A DNA stretch of 64,000 bases, taken from NCBI GenBank assembly GCA_000165345.1, contig CM000431.1, positions 896,001 to 960,000 of the forward strand, in the 5' to 3' direction. The translations under genes were made by a program, and so were the position numbers. Position 1 is the first letter of the stretch, and each line of letters begins with the position of its first letter. The notes beneath the pieces are model-generated. The model searched no databases. It worked only from the letters and a program-made list of their open reading frames with translations, and was not told where the DNA came from. This document shows, piece by piece, positions 35,639 to 46,689 of the stretch.

Positions 35639-36019
35639 TTATATACAATTTGGACAATATATTGAGTTATTGTATGTGTTATTGCCATAATTATAATTGC
35701 CACATAAATTACATATAACGAGTTCGCAATTACTGCATTCTGATAATTTGCAATTAGCGTTATCGCAAGTACTTCTATCGCAATACCCACATTTTACTTT
35801 TTCGATATTCAAATTACTCTTATTCAGAGATCTTCTATTACATAGAGAACAATATTCTTTGATTATTTGGTTCAAATTCTTTTGGCTTTGAGTTAAACAC
35901 CATACTGTATGCTTTTGTTTATTATCTTTATCAATAACTCTCTCTGATTTTTTAATTGTATTAAAGTTTGTTTCATTTTCGTAATCATAATTTCTTTCTC
36001 TTTTCATTTTTTTCCCCAC
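35639..36019 (-). CDS. small Cys-rich putative zinc-binding protein (126 aa, 14 Cys in CxxC pairs)
   Basis: CSLCN..CGYCDRSTCDNANCKLSECSNCELVICNLCGNY..CPNC. Its stop codon directly abuts the CTF8 stop (convergent, zero spacer). Confidence 0.5.
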   Translation of the reverse strand: MGKKMKRERNYDYENETNFNTIKKSERVIDKDNKQKHTVWCLTQSQKNLNQIIKEYCSLCNRRSLNKSNLNIEKVKCGYCDRSTCDNANCKLSECSNCELVICNLCGNYNYGNNTYNNSIYCPNCI

Positions 36020-36644
36020 TTTCTTACTTAATTATTGAATCTCCAATTCGAAATCCAAATAGATTCTTCCTCATGCTATGGGTGAATTAATTCAAAAAAA
36101 TAAAATAAAATAATCCAATTGATGAAAACTCTAATTTAACTTAATGAATGAAAGATATTACTCACTGTAGATAAGATAATTGAAAGTGGAACAAGTAACC
36201 CAACTTTCTCTATCTTACTCAATTCACAATATCCGAAGTAATTAATCGTTAAAATAATTTCTTTTTAAACCGATTTATTATTATTACTTTTATTTATTTT
36301 TTTTTTTATATTTTTTAAATTACGTAATTATTTATTAATTTCAGAACATGTGGGGAAATGTGCAAGAAAAGACACGTAAGTGCATGAATTTCGGTGCATG
36401 CAATATAAATTAGCAATCAAATTACAAAAAAATCATATTTGTCCGGTACTCTAATAAATCTATATAATTAATTTGAGTAAAACTTATATTAAACATCTTT
36501 TTGAGAATGAATACATCAATTTATATTGAGCATTTTTGGTAGAAAATTAATTTTAATAATTAGTTCAAGATAACTACAAAGAAATTATTAAATTTGTGAG
36601 TAAACTGGATGAAATTAAGACTATTTACTTTAATAACTTATTAA

Positions 36645-39600
36645 TTGGGAATATTTAAGCTGGAAATTAACTTTTTAATAACATTTAATAAAATGAATTC
36701 TCTTGATTTACAAGTTAATGGAATGACATGTACGTCATGTGCTACTACAATAAAAAACTTATTATTACATTACAAATTTGTAAAAGATGTTGAAATAAAT
36801 ATCATTTTAAATAGTGTACGTGTAATATTGAATAAGAAAATCACACTTGATGAAAGAAAAAAGATTTGTGACACAATTAACAATGCAGGATTTATTTGTT
36901 TATTAAAGTCAAGTACAATAATGAATGACATGTTAACTTTAAGTATTGATGACCTTAAGTTAGAAGAAAGAAGTTTAGAAAGTGAAATAATTTATGGAAG
37001 TTCAAAAGATATAGCTGAACAAATTTTGAACAGTAAAGGAATAAAGTTTTTAAAATTACATCAAATACCAACAGAAGAGATGAAATTAATAGTAAAAGCA
37101 TTAGAAAATAAAGCTGGAATTATTACTATAATAAGTTATTTGAAGTGGGGACAATTATGCATTTTATTTGATGAAAATCAGATTACTATAACGCAGATAC
37201 AAGAAATTCTAGAGAAATCTGATATTTGGATGCTAAGTTATATGAAATTCTATTGTTTATTTGGTAAGGAAAAGCTTTCATGTGTAAACAATCTTAAAAT
37301 TAAATGTATTTTCCGTTTAAATTCTGATAGAGAAGGTATTAGCATAATACAAAAGATATATAATTGTTTAAGACGAAGAAATGCAAATATTGAGTTCAAT
37401 AAAGATTTTACAGCAAGTATTGGTTGTATTGTAAGTGGAATCTTTGGGATTTACAATGTATCCGTTGAAAGAATGAATGAAAATAATTTGGAGAGAAATC
37501 TTGTTCTAATGATTTGCATTGATTATAATCCTTACTTTATTTCTGGGAGGAATCTATTAAAATATATGAATGATGAAGTTTTAAAAAACTACGTTAATGA
37601 ACCAATTCTAGATGAACAAATTAATGAAAATAAATTGAGAAAGCAATACTCACATAGGTTAGTGAATTCAATGCAAATTATTACAAAGTGTAATTTGGAT
37701 GAAAGTGTTAATTACTCAAGCCTGCAAAAAATTAAAGATAAGGAGTCTCGATATTATGTTATTTGTTTTACAATTTCTTTAATTTTAACTATTATGGTAC
37801 TATTATATAATTTCTTGGGTGATAAACCCTTTATGTCCAAGTTTACAAGAATTATCTCTTTTAATACAATCAAATCTTTGCAAGATCAAACAGGATTATC
37901 TGGTATTAGTTGGAAATATTTGATAAATTTAATATTAGTCACAGTAGTGGTATATTTATGTGGATATACATTTCATAAGAAAGGAATCAAAAGTATGCTA
38001 TATTTGAATCCAAATATGTATAGCTTAATTTCACTTGGAACAAATACATGCTATTTGTATTCACTTTATATGATGATTTATATAGCAATAATATCTTCAA
38101 AAGGTCCTGAAAATACAAAAATATATTCAGATAAGTTACCCAATTTTTTTGATATTGCTTGTATGCTTATCACAATAAGCTTATTTGGAAGAATTTTGGA
38201 TGTACATTCAAATCTACTGATATTAAGAATTATTAATAATAATAGTAATAAAAATGAAGTTGGTGAAAATGGAGATTCCATGAGGTATAATATAAAAGAT
38301 AATTTTCAATTACTTGGTGAAACTAAATTTGAATCACTTGAAAAAGTTTATTATCATTTTTCAAACTCTGAGAATTGTCAGGTATTACCTTTAGCATCTC
38401 CAAAAGATTTAAAGAAAAATAAGGAATTCCGATCAAAATATAAAAATACAGAAATTGGACAAAAAATGAATACTATGAGCATAGACTCAATTTGTTTGGA
38501 TGATATTTCACCTCAATCTATGGAAATGAAGGAACAGAGCTCAATTATTAATAATATAGTAAATGTTGATTTAATAGATTTGGGGGATGTTATTATTTTA
38601 AAAAAGGATGAAATTGTACCATATGATGGAATTGTTATTTCTAATGATATCGCAGTTTTGGATGAATCAATGATTACTGGTGAAAGCAGAATCATTGAAA
38701 AATTATATGGAAATTTTATATCCAGTGGAAGTAGAGTATTATCTGATAATGTATTCATATTTGTTACTGAAGTAGGAACTGAAAGTACTCTTGGAAAGAT
38801 TCAAAAGTTAAAAATAAAAGCAAGAGAGAGTCAAATAGAGTTACCTGGAATTATTGATATATTTTCCAGATATTTTGTACCTTCAATCATATTATTATCT
38901 TTATTGGCTTTTGTTGTTTGGTTCTTATTAGCTTATTATGACAAAGTGGATCCAGCTAGAATGTTTAATATTGACAGAATAAACTTTAATACAGAATTTG
39001 ATAATATATTTAAAGAATTTCCAATTTCATCCAGAGTTATGTTTGCACTGCATTTCTCACTTTCAATATTGGCAATATCTTGCCCATGTGTTATTGGTAT
39101 TACAGTTCCTATTGCTGTACTTATTTCAACTTCTTTAACTTCAAAAAAGAATATATTGGTACAAAACACAAATATTTTCAATAATATAGGATTTATTGAT
39201 AATATAGTTTTTGATAAAACTGGTACTTTGACAAATGGAAGACCAACTGTCAAATCTATTATTATTGATCATGAACATATTCAAGAAATAATAAGTACTA
39301 CATTTAATAATGGTTACAGTTCAAAATGGGAAAAGTCGACTGATATAGATTTTTCTAATTCTTCTATTGAAACATTTTATATTAATAAGAATTCTAATAT
39401 TCAAGAAAAAAATATTGTTTTTGAAGAATTATTCGAATCTTATTTAAAGTTTTGGTGGATTATTGGATCTTGTGAATATTATAATAATCATCCAGCTGGA
39501 AATGTATTAAGATCTTTCTCAATTCGTCTATTTAATAATAAAGAACAATATAAGTTTACTCAACCTATTGATTGTAAATATATTCCAGGAGTAGGAATGA

Positions 39601-40043
39601 CTTGTATTATTAATAGCATGAAAGTTTTAATTACAAATCAATATAAGCATCTTGATCAAGATTTCAGTTTAGTTTCAGTCAATTCTAAAGATTATAATCA
39701 TTATCTAAAGAGTCCATCTAATACTTTAGAAATTTCTTTAGATAGTCCTGAAAATAAGAGTACAGAATATTCATCATTATATTTGCAGAATTGGCTTAAA
39801 TATTGGTCTAAAAAAGGATCAATGATTATTTACATTTTTATTGGTGATATAAATAACTTCAGTGATAATGAACATGGATTAATTAATGCCAAAAATATGA
39901 AATTAGTTGGTGCAGTTTCTATGATTGATGAACCAATGTTTGGAGTAGAGTCTACAATTAATTATATGAAAAAATATGTAACAGATCAAATATGGTTGTG
40001 CTCTGGTGATTCTTTTTATACATCAAATTCAATTGCGTCAATG
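36645..40043 (+). CDS. Cu(+)-transporting P1B-type ATPase, exon 1. The start is probably the ATG at 36693 (MNSLDLQVNG..).
   Basis: HMA motif GMTCTSCA. TGES (MITGESR). CPC (SCPCVIGITVP). DKTGTLT. Exon ends ..SIASM|, followed by GTAAGT at 40044. Confidence 0.9.
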
Positions 40044-40105
40044 GTAAGTTTATTAAAAGAAAAATTCAATAATTTTTGAATAACTTAATATATTTTTAAT
40101 TAAAG

Positions 40106-40494
40106 GTTGGAATAGATTATGATAAAATTATGAGTAATTCAACTCCTAATGATAAGCTTCATCTTATTCAAGATCTTCAATTAAATAAGGAATTAGATAA
40201 GATATCTAATATTGACTTAAATGAAGAAAAAACAGATAAAGAGTTCTTCAAATCTTTTGATTTAGAATTTCCTGAAAAGAATGAAGAAAATATAAAGAAA
40301 AAACAAAAAAAATCCAAAAAAAATCTAAAAAAAGTAATGATGATTGGAGATGGAATAAATGATTCAGCTTCAATAGAAGCTGCTGACATTGGAATATTAT
40401 TAGGAAAAGGCGGGATAAATAATTTTACGCATGCAGATGTAATAATATTGTCAAATTATCAAAATAATATTAAATTCTTATTTAAGCTTGGAAG
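40106..40494 (+). CDS. Cu-ATPase exon 2
   Basis: taaAG acceptor at 40104-40105. VGIDYDKIMS...LHLIQDLQ ... MIGDGINDSASIEAADIGI (the GDGxND hinge). Contains a K/E-rich insertion. GTAAGT donor at 40495. Confidence 0.8.
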
Positions 40495-40610
40495 GTAAGT
40501 TAAAAAGAGTAAATTAGGAAATTTTGAAGATGAGATTTTTGAGTTGTTTTTTTCCTTCTGATTTACTTAATAATTTATTGATTTAATAACTTTATTATTA
40601 TTATTATTAG

Positions 40611-40797
40611 AGAAGCACATAAAGTAATTAATAGAAATTTAATATGGGCATATATATTCAATGTTTTGACTATTCCAATGGCGGCGGGAATTTTTTATCC
40701 CAATATAATTATTTCTCCCGTTGTTGCAGCATTTTTAATGCTATTAAGTTCAACAATTATTGTATTTTCAAGTTTAATTTTGTATAAATTTAGATAA
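40611..40797 (+). CDS. Cu-ATPase exon 3 (last two TM helices)
   Basis: (tta)nttAG acceptor at 40609-40610. R|EAHKVINRNLIWAYIFNVLTIPMAAGIFYP.. matches the C-terminal TM7-8 of P1B ATPases. Stop TAA at 40795-40797. Confidence 0.7.
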
Positions 40798-41359
40798 ATA
40801 AAGATAGAATTTTAAGAAGATAATAAAAATAATTTTTGAATAAAAGAGAGAAAAATAAATGAAATATGAATAATGTAAAATACTGCATGCATTATTGAAT
40901 GATTATATATATTTATAAAAAGATTATGTGGGTGCAAATTTCAAAAAAAAAGTTCAAATAAGAAAATTTAAAAGTTAGAGAGTCAGATAATAAAATAAAA
41001 TTAAAATGAATTATCTTTTTCTCTCTTTCTTATTTCATTAAGTTAAACATTATAGAATATTATAAAAGCTATCACTTATAAATGAGAAAATGGAGTTGAT
41101 TAAACAAATTTAAGAAGAAAAGTAAAAATAAATAAAATAACTAGTAATGTAAATGAAATATTTACTTAAATTGTGAATTTATATTATGACTATTAAATCT
41201 AGATATACTATTAAAAAAAAAAAAAAGTTTAGTGAGATTGTTGATCAGTATTTAGATATGTAGGAGGTACCTAATCTATATAGAAGATTATGAACCTATA
41301 ATATTACTTAAAAAACATAGGGAAAAGTGTGATTAATAAGTAAATAGACAATTGTTCTG

Positions 41360-41803
41360 TTAATCATTATTATTATTATCAGGCTTTTTCTTTGGGGCGG
41401 GCTTTGGTAAATTGACTCCCAAACATCTGGACATCTTTTGAACCAATATAGGGTTTGGAATAGCCTTTCCAGATTCATAATCATTAACAACACTAGCTTT
41501 TTCGTTAATCATTTGTGCAAGTTGAGCCTGAGTGAGCTTTTTTGCAACTCTAGCTTGTTGTAAAGCTCTAGAAAATTCCCCAGAAACTCTGAAGATACGA
41601 TAGTCACCAGTATCTTCGTCTAATTTGGCAGCATTTTGAGGGATATTTTGTTTAGTTGATGCATTTCTACCTCCAAGAAATTTTTTCTCGGTAATGATTT
41701 CTTCACCTTTTCTTCTTGCTTGATTAAGATCTTGTTCTTTTGATATTCCTTTTGGTCTAGAACCACCTTTTTTCCATACCACTTGATTCCAATCCTGACT
41801 CAT
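41360..41803 (-). CDS. MBF1: multiprotein bridging factor 1 (MBF1, HTH transcriptional coactivator)
   Basis: MSQDWNQVVWKKGG... N-terminus and the HTH RALQQARVAKKLTQAQLAQMINEKASVVNDYESGKAIPN are canonical MBF1. Confidence 0.9.
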   Translation of the reverse strand: MSQDWNQVVWKKGGSRPKGISKEQDLNQARRKGEEIITEKKFLGGRNASTKQNIPQNAAKLDEDTGDYRIFRVSGEFSRALQQARVAKKLTQAQLAQMINEKASVVNDYESGKAIPNPILVQKMSRCLGVNLPKPAPKKKPDNNNND

Positions 41804-41886
41804 TTTTGAAATATGATTCAGTAGAGTAATTTTTTGTTAAACGTAATATAAATATTATTAATGAAATGAATTGTTCGTCAGTTAAA

Positions 41887-41909
41887 AATTCCCGCTAAAG
41901 GCGGGAAAT
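41887..41909. promoter_or_regulatory. palindromic pair of E2F-type sites AATTCCCGC-TAAAG-GCGGGAAAT in the MBF1 / EF-hand divergent promoter
   Basis: Near-perfect inverted repeat. The GGCGGGAA core is of the kind reported as over-represented upstream of Cryptosporidium genes. Confidence 0.45.
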
Positions 41910-42205
41910 GTCAATTAGACAATGTATTGTGGCTTAATGTGTGTGAGGGGCGGCGCCAATCTGAAAAATTAATGCATTTACAAGTTAAATCAGTAAATTT
42001 AATTCTATTGTTAGAAAGGTTTGAGACTGAGATAGGAAAAAGGAGCGAGATAGTAGTAAAGTTTATAATTTAGAAATTATATATATTTGATCGATTATCC
42101 ACTAATACAAATAAGAAGAAATTTAAGGCTCAACTTTTCTATTCATAATTACAACTTCAAAAAGTTTGTTTGTGGTTTATAATTGAATAATAGTAATAAA
42201 ATAAT

Positions 42206-42316
42206 ATGTCATTAAATAAACAGAGTTTGAGGTTAAATGAGGCACAGCTAATAGCAGTAAGAGAGACTTTTGATTTAGCAGATGATGATTCAGATGGAAA
42301 GATTAACTTTGATCAG
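42206..42316 (+). CDS. EF-hand light-chain / calmodulin-like protein, exon 1
   Basis: ATG at 42206. EF-hand loop DLADDDSDGKINFDQ. GTAAGT donor at 42317. Confidence 0.65.
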
Positions 42317-42559
42317 GTAAGTTATTTTTTTTGAAATCGTTGAATAAATATATAAAAAATATAAGATTAATAAAGTATATTACATATAATTTATAAGGAG
42401 TGAATCGATTATTCTGTTTTTTTATTTGACTAAATAATTTTACAGTAATTTTGTATGCTTTATATAAATGATTCATTTCCTAATAATAAATTATTATTAT
42501 TATTTTGAAAATATAATAAATAACTAATTAATTATTTTATTAACTCTGAAATGTTTTAG
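42317..42559 (+). other. intron of the EF-hand gene (243 nt, the longest seen here)
   Basis: GTAAGTTATTTT donor, tgttttAG acceptor. Confidence 0.65.
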
Positions 42560-42991
42560 GCATGTATTCTGTTTAGAGTACTTGGGCAAACAATAACAGA
42601 CCGCGATTTAAAAACAGCATTGTTGGAAGGTTGGCCAGGACTTGATATTCAATCTGATGAAACTAAGGACAAAGGGTTTAAGAAAATAGATACAAGTTCA
42701 TTGGCTCCAATAGAATTTGATGCATTTATTAAAATTTTCAGAGCCAAATATAAGATTCCTTTTGATGAAGATACAATAATTGAAGCTTTTCAAGTTTTTG
42801 ATCCTGAAAATACAGGACTTATGCCAGCAAATTCTTTTGTAAAATTAATGACAACAACAGGAGAACCTGTTCCAGCAAATGATGTTGAAGATTTATTACT
42901 ACTTGCAAATGTTGATAAAGATGGCAAATTTGACTATACTCAATTAGCAAAGAGGCTTGTTGAAGGTCCCAAGAACGTTCGTGTTTTATAA
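42560..42991 (+). CDS. EF-hand light-chain / calmodulin-like protein, exon 2
   Basis: ttttAG acceptor at 42558-42559, in frame with ORF 42620..42991. A 243-nt intron. Myosin-light-chain-like C-terminal lobe with DKDGKFDY. Confidence 0.75.
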   Translation, partial: ACILFRVLGQTITDRDLKTALLEGWPGLDIQSDETKDKGFKKIDTSSLAPIEFDAFIKIFRAKYKIPFDEDTIIEAFQVFDPENTGLMPANSFVKLMTTTGEPVPANDVEDLLLLANVDKDGKFDYTQLAKRLVEGPKNVRVL

Positions 42992-44125
42992 TAAAAAATT
43001 CAAAAATTTTTCGAGTAAAATTTCATTTAGTAAATATAAACAAAGGAAGACATTAATTTTTTTCTTTTTTTTTAATACATGTCTATTATCTCTGCAATAA
43101 CGGTATTTCATAAATTGTTTATCCACATGAGTGCATGCATGAAAATTTGCATCCACATGACGTAGTGCATGATTGAATTAATTATTATAATGTAAGTTAG
43201 TAACGGTGATAAGTTAAATTGAGATTTGGACATAAAAAAAAGGAAATAAAGGTAAATTTGATGCTGAAAGAATGGGATAAGAAATTTGGGAGGAATACAA
43301 ATTTAGGTATTATGCAAGCGTGATACAAATAGAAAAGAGTCTTGAAGAAAAGCTTGCATACATGACTATTTCGTGGTAATTCAAGTTCTTTCAATAATAC
43401 AATTTATTCTTGAGAATACATATGAACAGTTAAGTTTTAAAATGGAATATTTAAATTTTCGACTTAAATATTCAGCAAAAAAAAATTAACAAAACGACAA
43501 GAAAACAATTTAATCTTATTTTCTATGCAATAAATCAACATTCACTAAAGTGTTGGGAAAGTTAAAAATAATCTGGAGAAGAAAATATTGTGAGGGTTAA
43601 TGGGGGGTTACGACGTTGTTAGAGTGGGATAGCAGAAAATGAATATTGAGAAGTAATACGATCATTTCCTTTCAATATAATGTCACAGATAACACAGTAA
43701 AAATATATTTAAATTAATTTCTGGCACTAATATTTAATACGCAATAAATATAACTAAGAGGGGAATTCAAGTAATTTTTTATGAGGGTATCGGTGAGACG
43801 GGTACGCAAGTATTGTCTCAACAATTACCCCCATTTAAAATAAAGTTAATAATCAAATTAAATAAATAGATAAGAATAATTAAATAGATAGTAGAATAGT
43901 AAAGACCGGAAATGCATAGACGTAAAAGTAAATATAGTTATATAATGCCAAATAAATGGTGAGATATTTAATAGATAAGTCAAGGGGGGGAAGTTTAAAT
44001 TAAAATTGAATAAAATAGGGGCAGGTGAGAGAAGAGATAAAATCATTCTATCAAAAAAAGGGTAATTTTCATTTTTTAAGAAAACTTGAAGATTTTTTAT
44101 TTCTATAAAACAAATAACCATCAAA

Positions 44126-46225
44126 ATGGTAGAGACTTTTGCATTCAATGCTGATATTCAGCAGCTGATGAGCTTGATCATCAATACTTTTTACAGCAAT
44201 AAGGAAATCTTTTTGAGAGAATTGATTTCTAATGCCTCCGATGCTTTAGACAAGATCAGATATGAATCCTTGACTGATCCAGAACAATTAAAGAGTAATG
44301 AGGAAATGCATATTAGAATTATTCCAGATAAAGTTAATAATACTTTAACTATTGAAGATTCTGGTATTGGTATGACTAAGAATGAGCTTATTAACAATTT
44401 AGGTACTATTGCTCGTTCAGGTACAAAGGCATTCATGGAAGCAATCCAAGCTGGTGGTGATGTTAGTATGATTGGTCAATTTGGTGTTGGTTTCTATTCT
44501 GCTTATCTTGTTGCTGATAAAGTTACTGTAATTACCAAACATAATGGTGATGAACAATACATTTGGGAATCATCAGCTGGTGGTTCATTCACTATTACTA
44601 ACGATACATCAGACAATAAGTTACAAAGAGGTACTAGAATCATCTTACACCTTAAGGAAGATCAATTAGATTATCTTGAGGAGCGTACCTTGAGAGATTT
44701 AGTAAAGAAGCACTCAGAATTTATCTCCTTCCCAATTGAACTTTCTGTTGAGAAGACTACAGAAAAAGAAATCACCGATTCTGATGTCGATGAGGAGGAA
44801 GAGAAGAAGGAGGGTGAAGATGGTGAAGATGCACCAAAAATTGAAGAAGTTAAAGAGAAGGAACCAAAGAAGAAGAAGATTACAGAAGTAACTCAATCGT
44901 GGGACTTACTTAACAAGAATAAACCAATCTGGATGAGAAAACCAGAAGAAGTTACTTTTGAAGAGTACTCTTCTTTCTATAAATCAATCTCAAATGATTG
45001 GGAAGATCCTCTCGCAGTTAAACATTTCTCAGTTGAGGGTCAATTAGAATTTAAGGCAATTCTCTTTATTCCAAGAAGAGCTCCATTTGATCTCTTTGAA
45101 ACCAGAAAGAAGAGAAACAACATTAAGCTTTATGTACGTAGAGTATTCATCATGGATGACTGTGAAGAATTGATCCCAGAATTCTTAGGATTTGTTAGAG
45201 GTGTTGTTGATAGTGAAGATCTTCCATTAAACATTTCAAGAGAATCATTACAACAGAATAAGATCCTTAAGGTCATCAAGAAGAACATTGTTAAGAAATG
45301 TTTGGAATTGATCACTGAAATTACTGAAAAGCCTGATGATTACAAGAAATTCTATGAACAGTTCAGTAAGAATCTTAAGTTAGGTATTCATGAAGATACT
45401 ACCAACAGAAATAAGATCAGTGAGCTCCTAAGATATCAAACATCAAAGAGTGGTGAGGAACTCATAAGCTTAAGAGAATATGTTGATAGAATGAAGGAAA
45501 ATCAAAAGGAAATTTACTACATTACTGGTGAATCTATTCAAGCAGTACAAAACTCACCATTCCTTGAGAAGCTTAGAAAGTTAGATTATGAGGTAATTTA
45601 CATGGTTGACCCAATTGACGAATACTGTGTACAACAAATGAAGGAATTCGATGGCAAGAAGTTGAGATGCTGTACTAAGGAAGGTCTTACTTTAGAGGAA
45701 ACTGCTGAGGAGAAGGAAGCCTTTGAAGCTCTCCAGAAGGAATATGAGCCTTTATGCCAGTTAATTAAAGAGGTTCTTCATGATAAGGTTGATAAGGTTA
45801 TCACATCTCAGCGTATTTCTGACTCACCATGTGTACTCGTTACATCTGAATTTGGATGGTCTGCAAATATGGAACGTATCATGAAGGCTCAAGCTCTTAG
45901 AGATACAAGTATGACATCTTATATGATGTCCAAGAAGACTATGGAAATTAATCCATATAACTCTATCATTACTGAGCTCAAGACCAAGATTGCCAATGAC
46001 AAGTCTGATAAGACCGTCAAAGACTTGATTTGGTTACTCTATGATACTTCCCTCCTTACTTCTGGTTTCTCATTAGAAGATCCAACTCAATTCTCATCCA
46101 GAATCAACAGAATGATCAAGCTCGGTCTTTCTATTGATGAGGAAGATATTGTTGATGATCTCCCACCTCTTGAACCAGTTAATGATGCAGAGCTCCAAGC
46201 ATCTAAGATGGAAGAGGTTGACTAA
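44126..46225 (+). CDS. HSP90: cytosolic heat shock protein 90
   Basis: [22 protein letters not shown]. GxxGxG ATP lid. Charged linker. C-terminal MEEVD. 699 aa. Confidence 0.97.
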   Translation: MVETFAFNADIQQLMSLIINTFYSNKEIFLRELISNASDALDKIRYESLTDPEQLKSNEEMHIRIIPDKVNNTLTIEDSGIGMTKNELINNLGTIARSGTKAFMEAIQAGGDVSMIGQFGVGFYSAYLVADKVTVITKHNGDEQYIWESSAGGSFTITNDTSDNKLQRGTRIILHLKEDQLDYLEERTLRDLVKKHSEFISFPIELSVEKTTEKEITDSDVDEEEEKKEGEDGEDAPKIEEVKEKEPKKKKITEVTQSWDLLNKNKPIWMRKPEEVTFEEYSSFYKSISNDWEDPLAVKHFSVEGQLEFKAILFIPRRAPFDLFETRKKRNNIKLYVRRVFIMDDCEELIPEFLGFVRGVVDSEDLPLNISRESLQQNKILKVIKKNIVKKCLELITEITEKPDDYKKFYEQFSKNLKLGIHEDTTNRNKISELLRYQTSKSGEELISLREYVDRMKENQKEIYYITGESIQAVQNSPFLEKLRKLDYEVIYMVDPIDEYCVQQMKEFDGKKLRCCTKEGLTLEETAEEKEAFEALQKEYEPLCQLIKEVLHDKVDKVITSQRISDSPCVLVTSEFGWSANMERIMKAQALRDTSMTSYMMSKKTMEINPYNSIITELKTKIANDKSDKTVKDLIWLLYDTSLLTSGFSLEDPTQFSSRINRMIKLGLSIDEEDIVDDLPPLEPVNDAELQASKMEEVD

Positions 46226-46689
46226 TTATTAAATTAGTACTTCAGAAAGAGAGGTAGAATTTGGGAATTTAAATCTGAATAATTTCATGGGGGGAAAAAA
46301 AGTTCGTGATTGAATAAAACCTAAAGAGTAATGTTATTTTTGAATTTACTTGGTAATTATAATTTCTATTATTGTAATTACTAATTTATTCAATTATTAC
46401 GTTGCTTATGCTCTGATAAAATAAGTCAAAATTAATTTATTTACAGTCATTAATGTGGCTTTTTTAGTTATTACTTAAAATAGTGATTAGAAAAGAAACT
46501 TAGTCCATAAATCATGCAAAAAAAACAGAAATCTTGCATTCTAATAGTCTTTTGTGTTTGCTGTTAATTTTGTCCACATGAAAAAAAGAGAATGTACACG
46601 TAAGTGAAGGATAAGTTGGTGAATGTATGCATGCGTGCATGCATATTATTGAAGGTGGTTAAGTAAAATGAAAAAAATTAAATCTAAAA

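Noticed and set aside
43197-43394. 65-aa ORF upstream of HSP90
   Set aside because: Hydrophobic, low-complexity, no start context. It lies within a putative promoter or 5' region.
44081-44110. Possible heat-shock element AGAAAACTTGAAGATTTT 20 bp before the HSP90 ATG
   Set aside because: The triplet register nGAAn/nTTCn is not satisfied (CTT instead of TTC). It is too close to the ATG to be a promoter HSE. I treat it as chance.
46226-46689. Possible extra 3' exon (AAA lid) for the AAA-like gene, or a ncRNA between HSP90 and the AAA-like gene
   Set aside because: No GTAAGT donor near the gene's stop. The spacer contains only GCATGC boxes and a CCACATGA copy.
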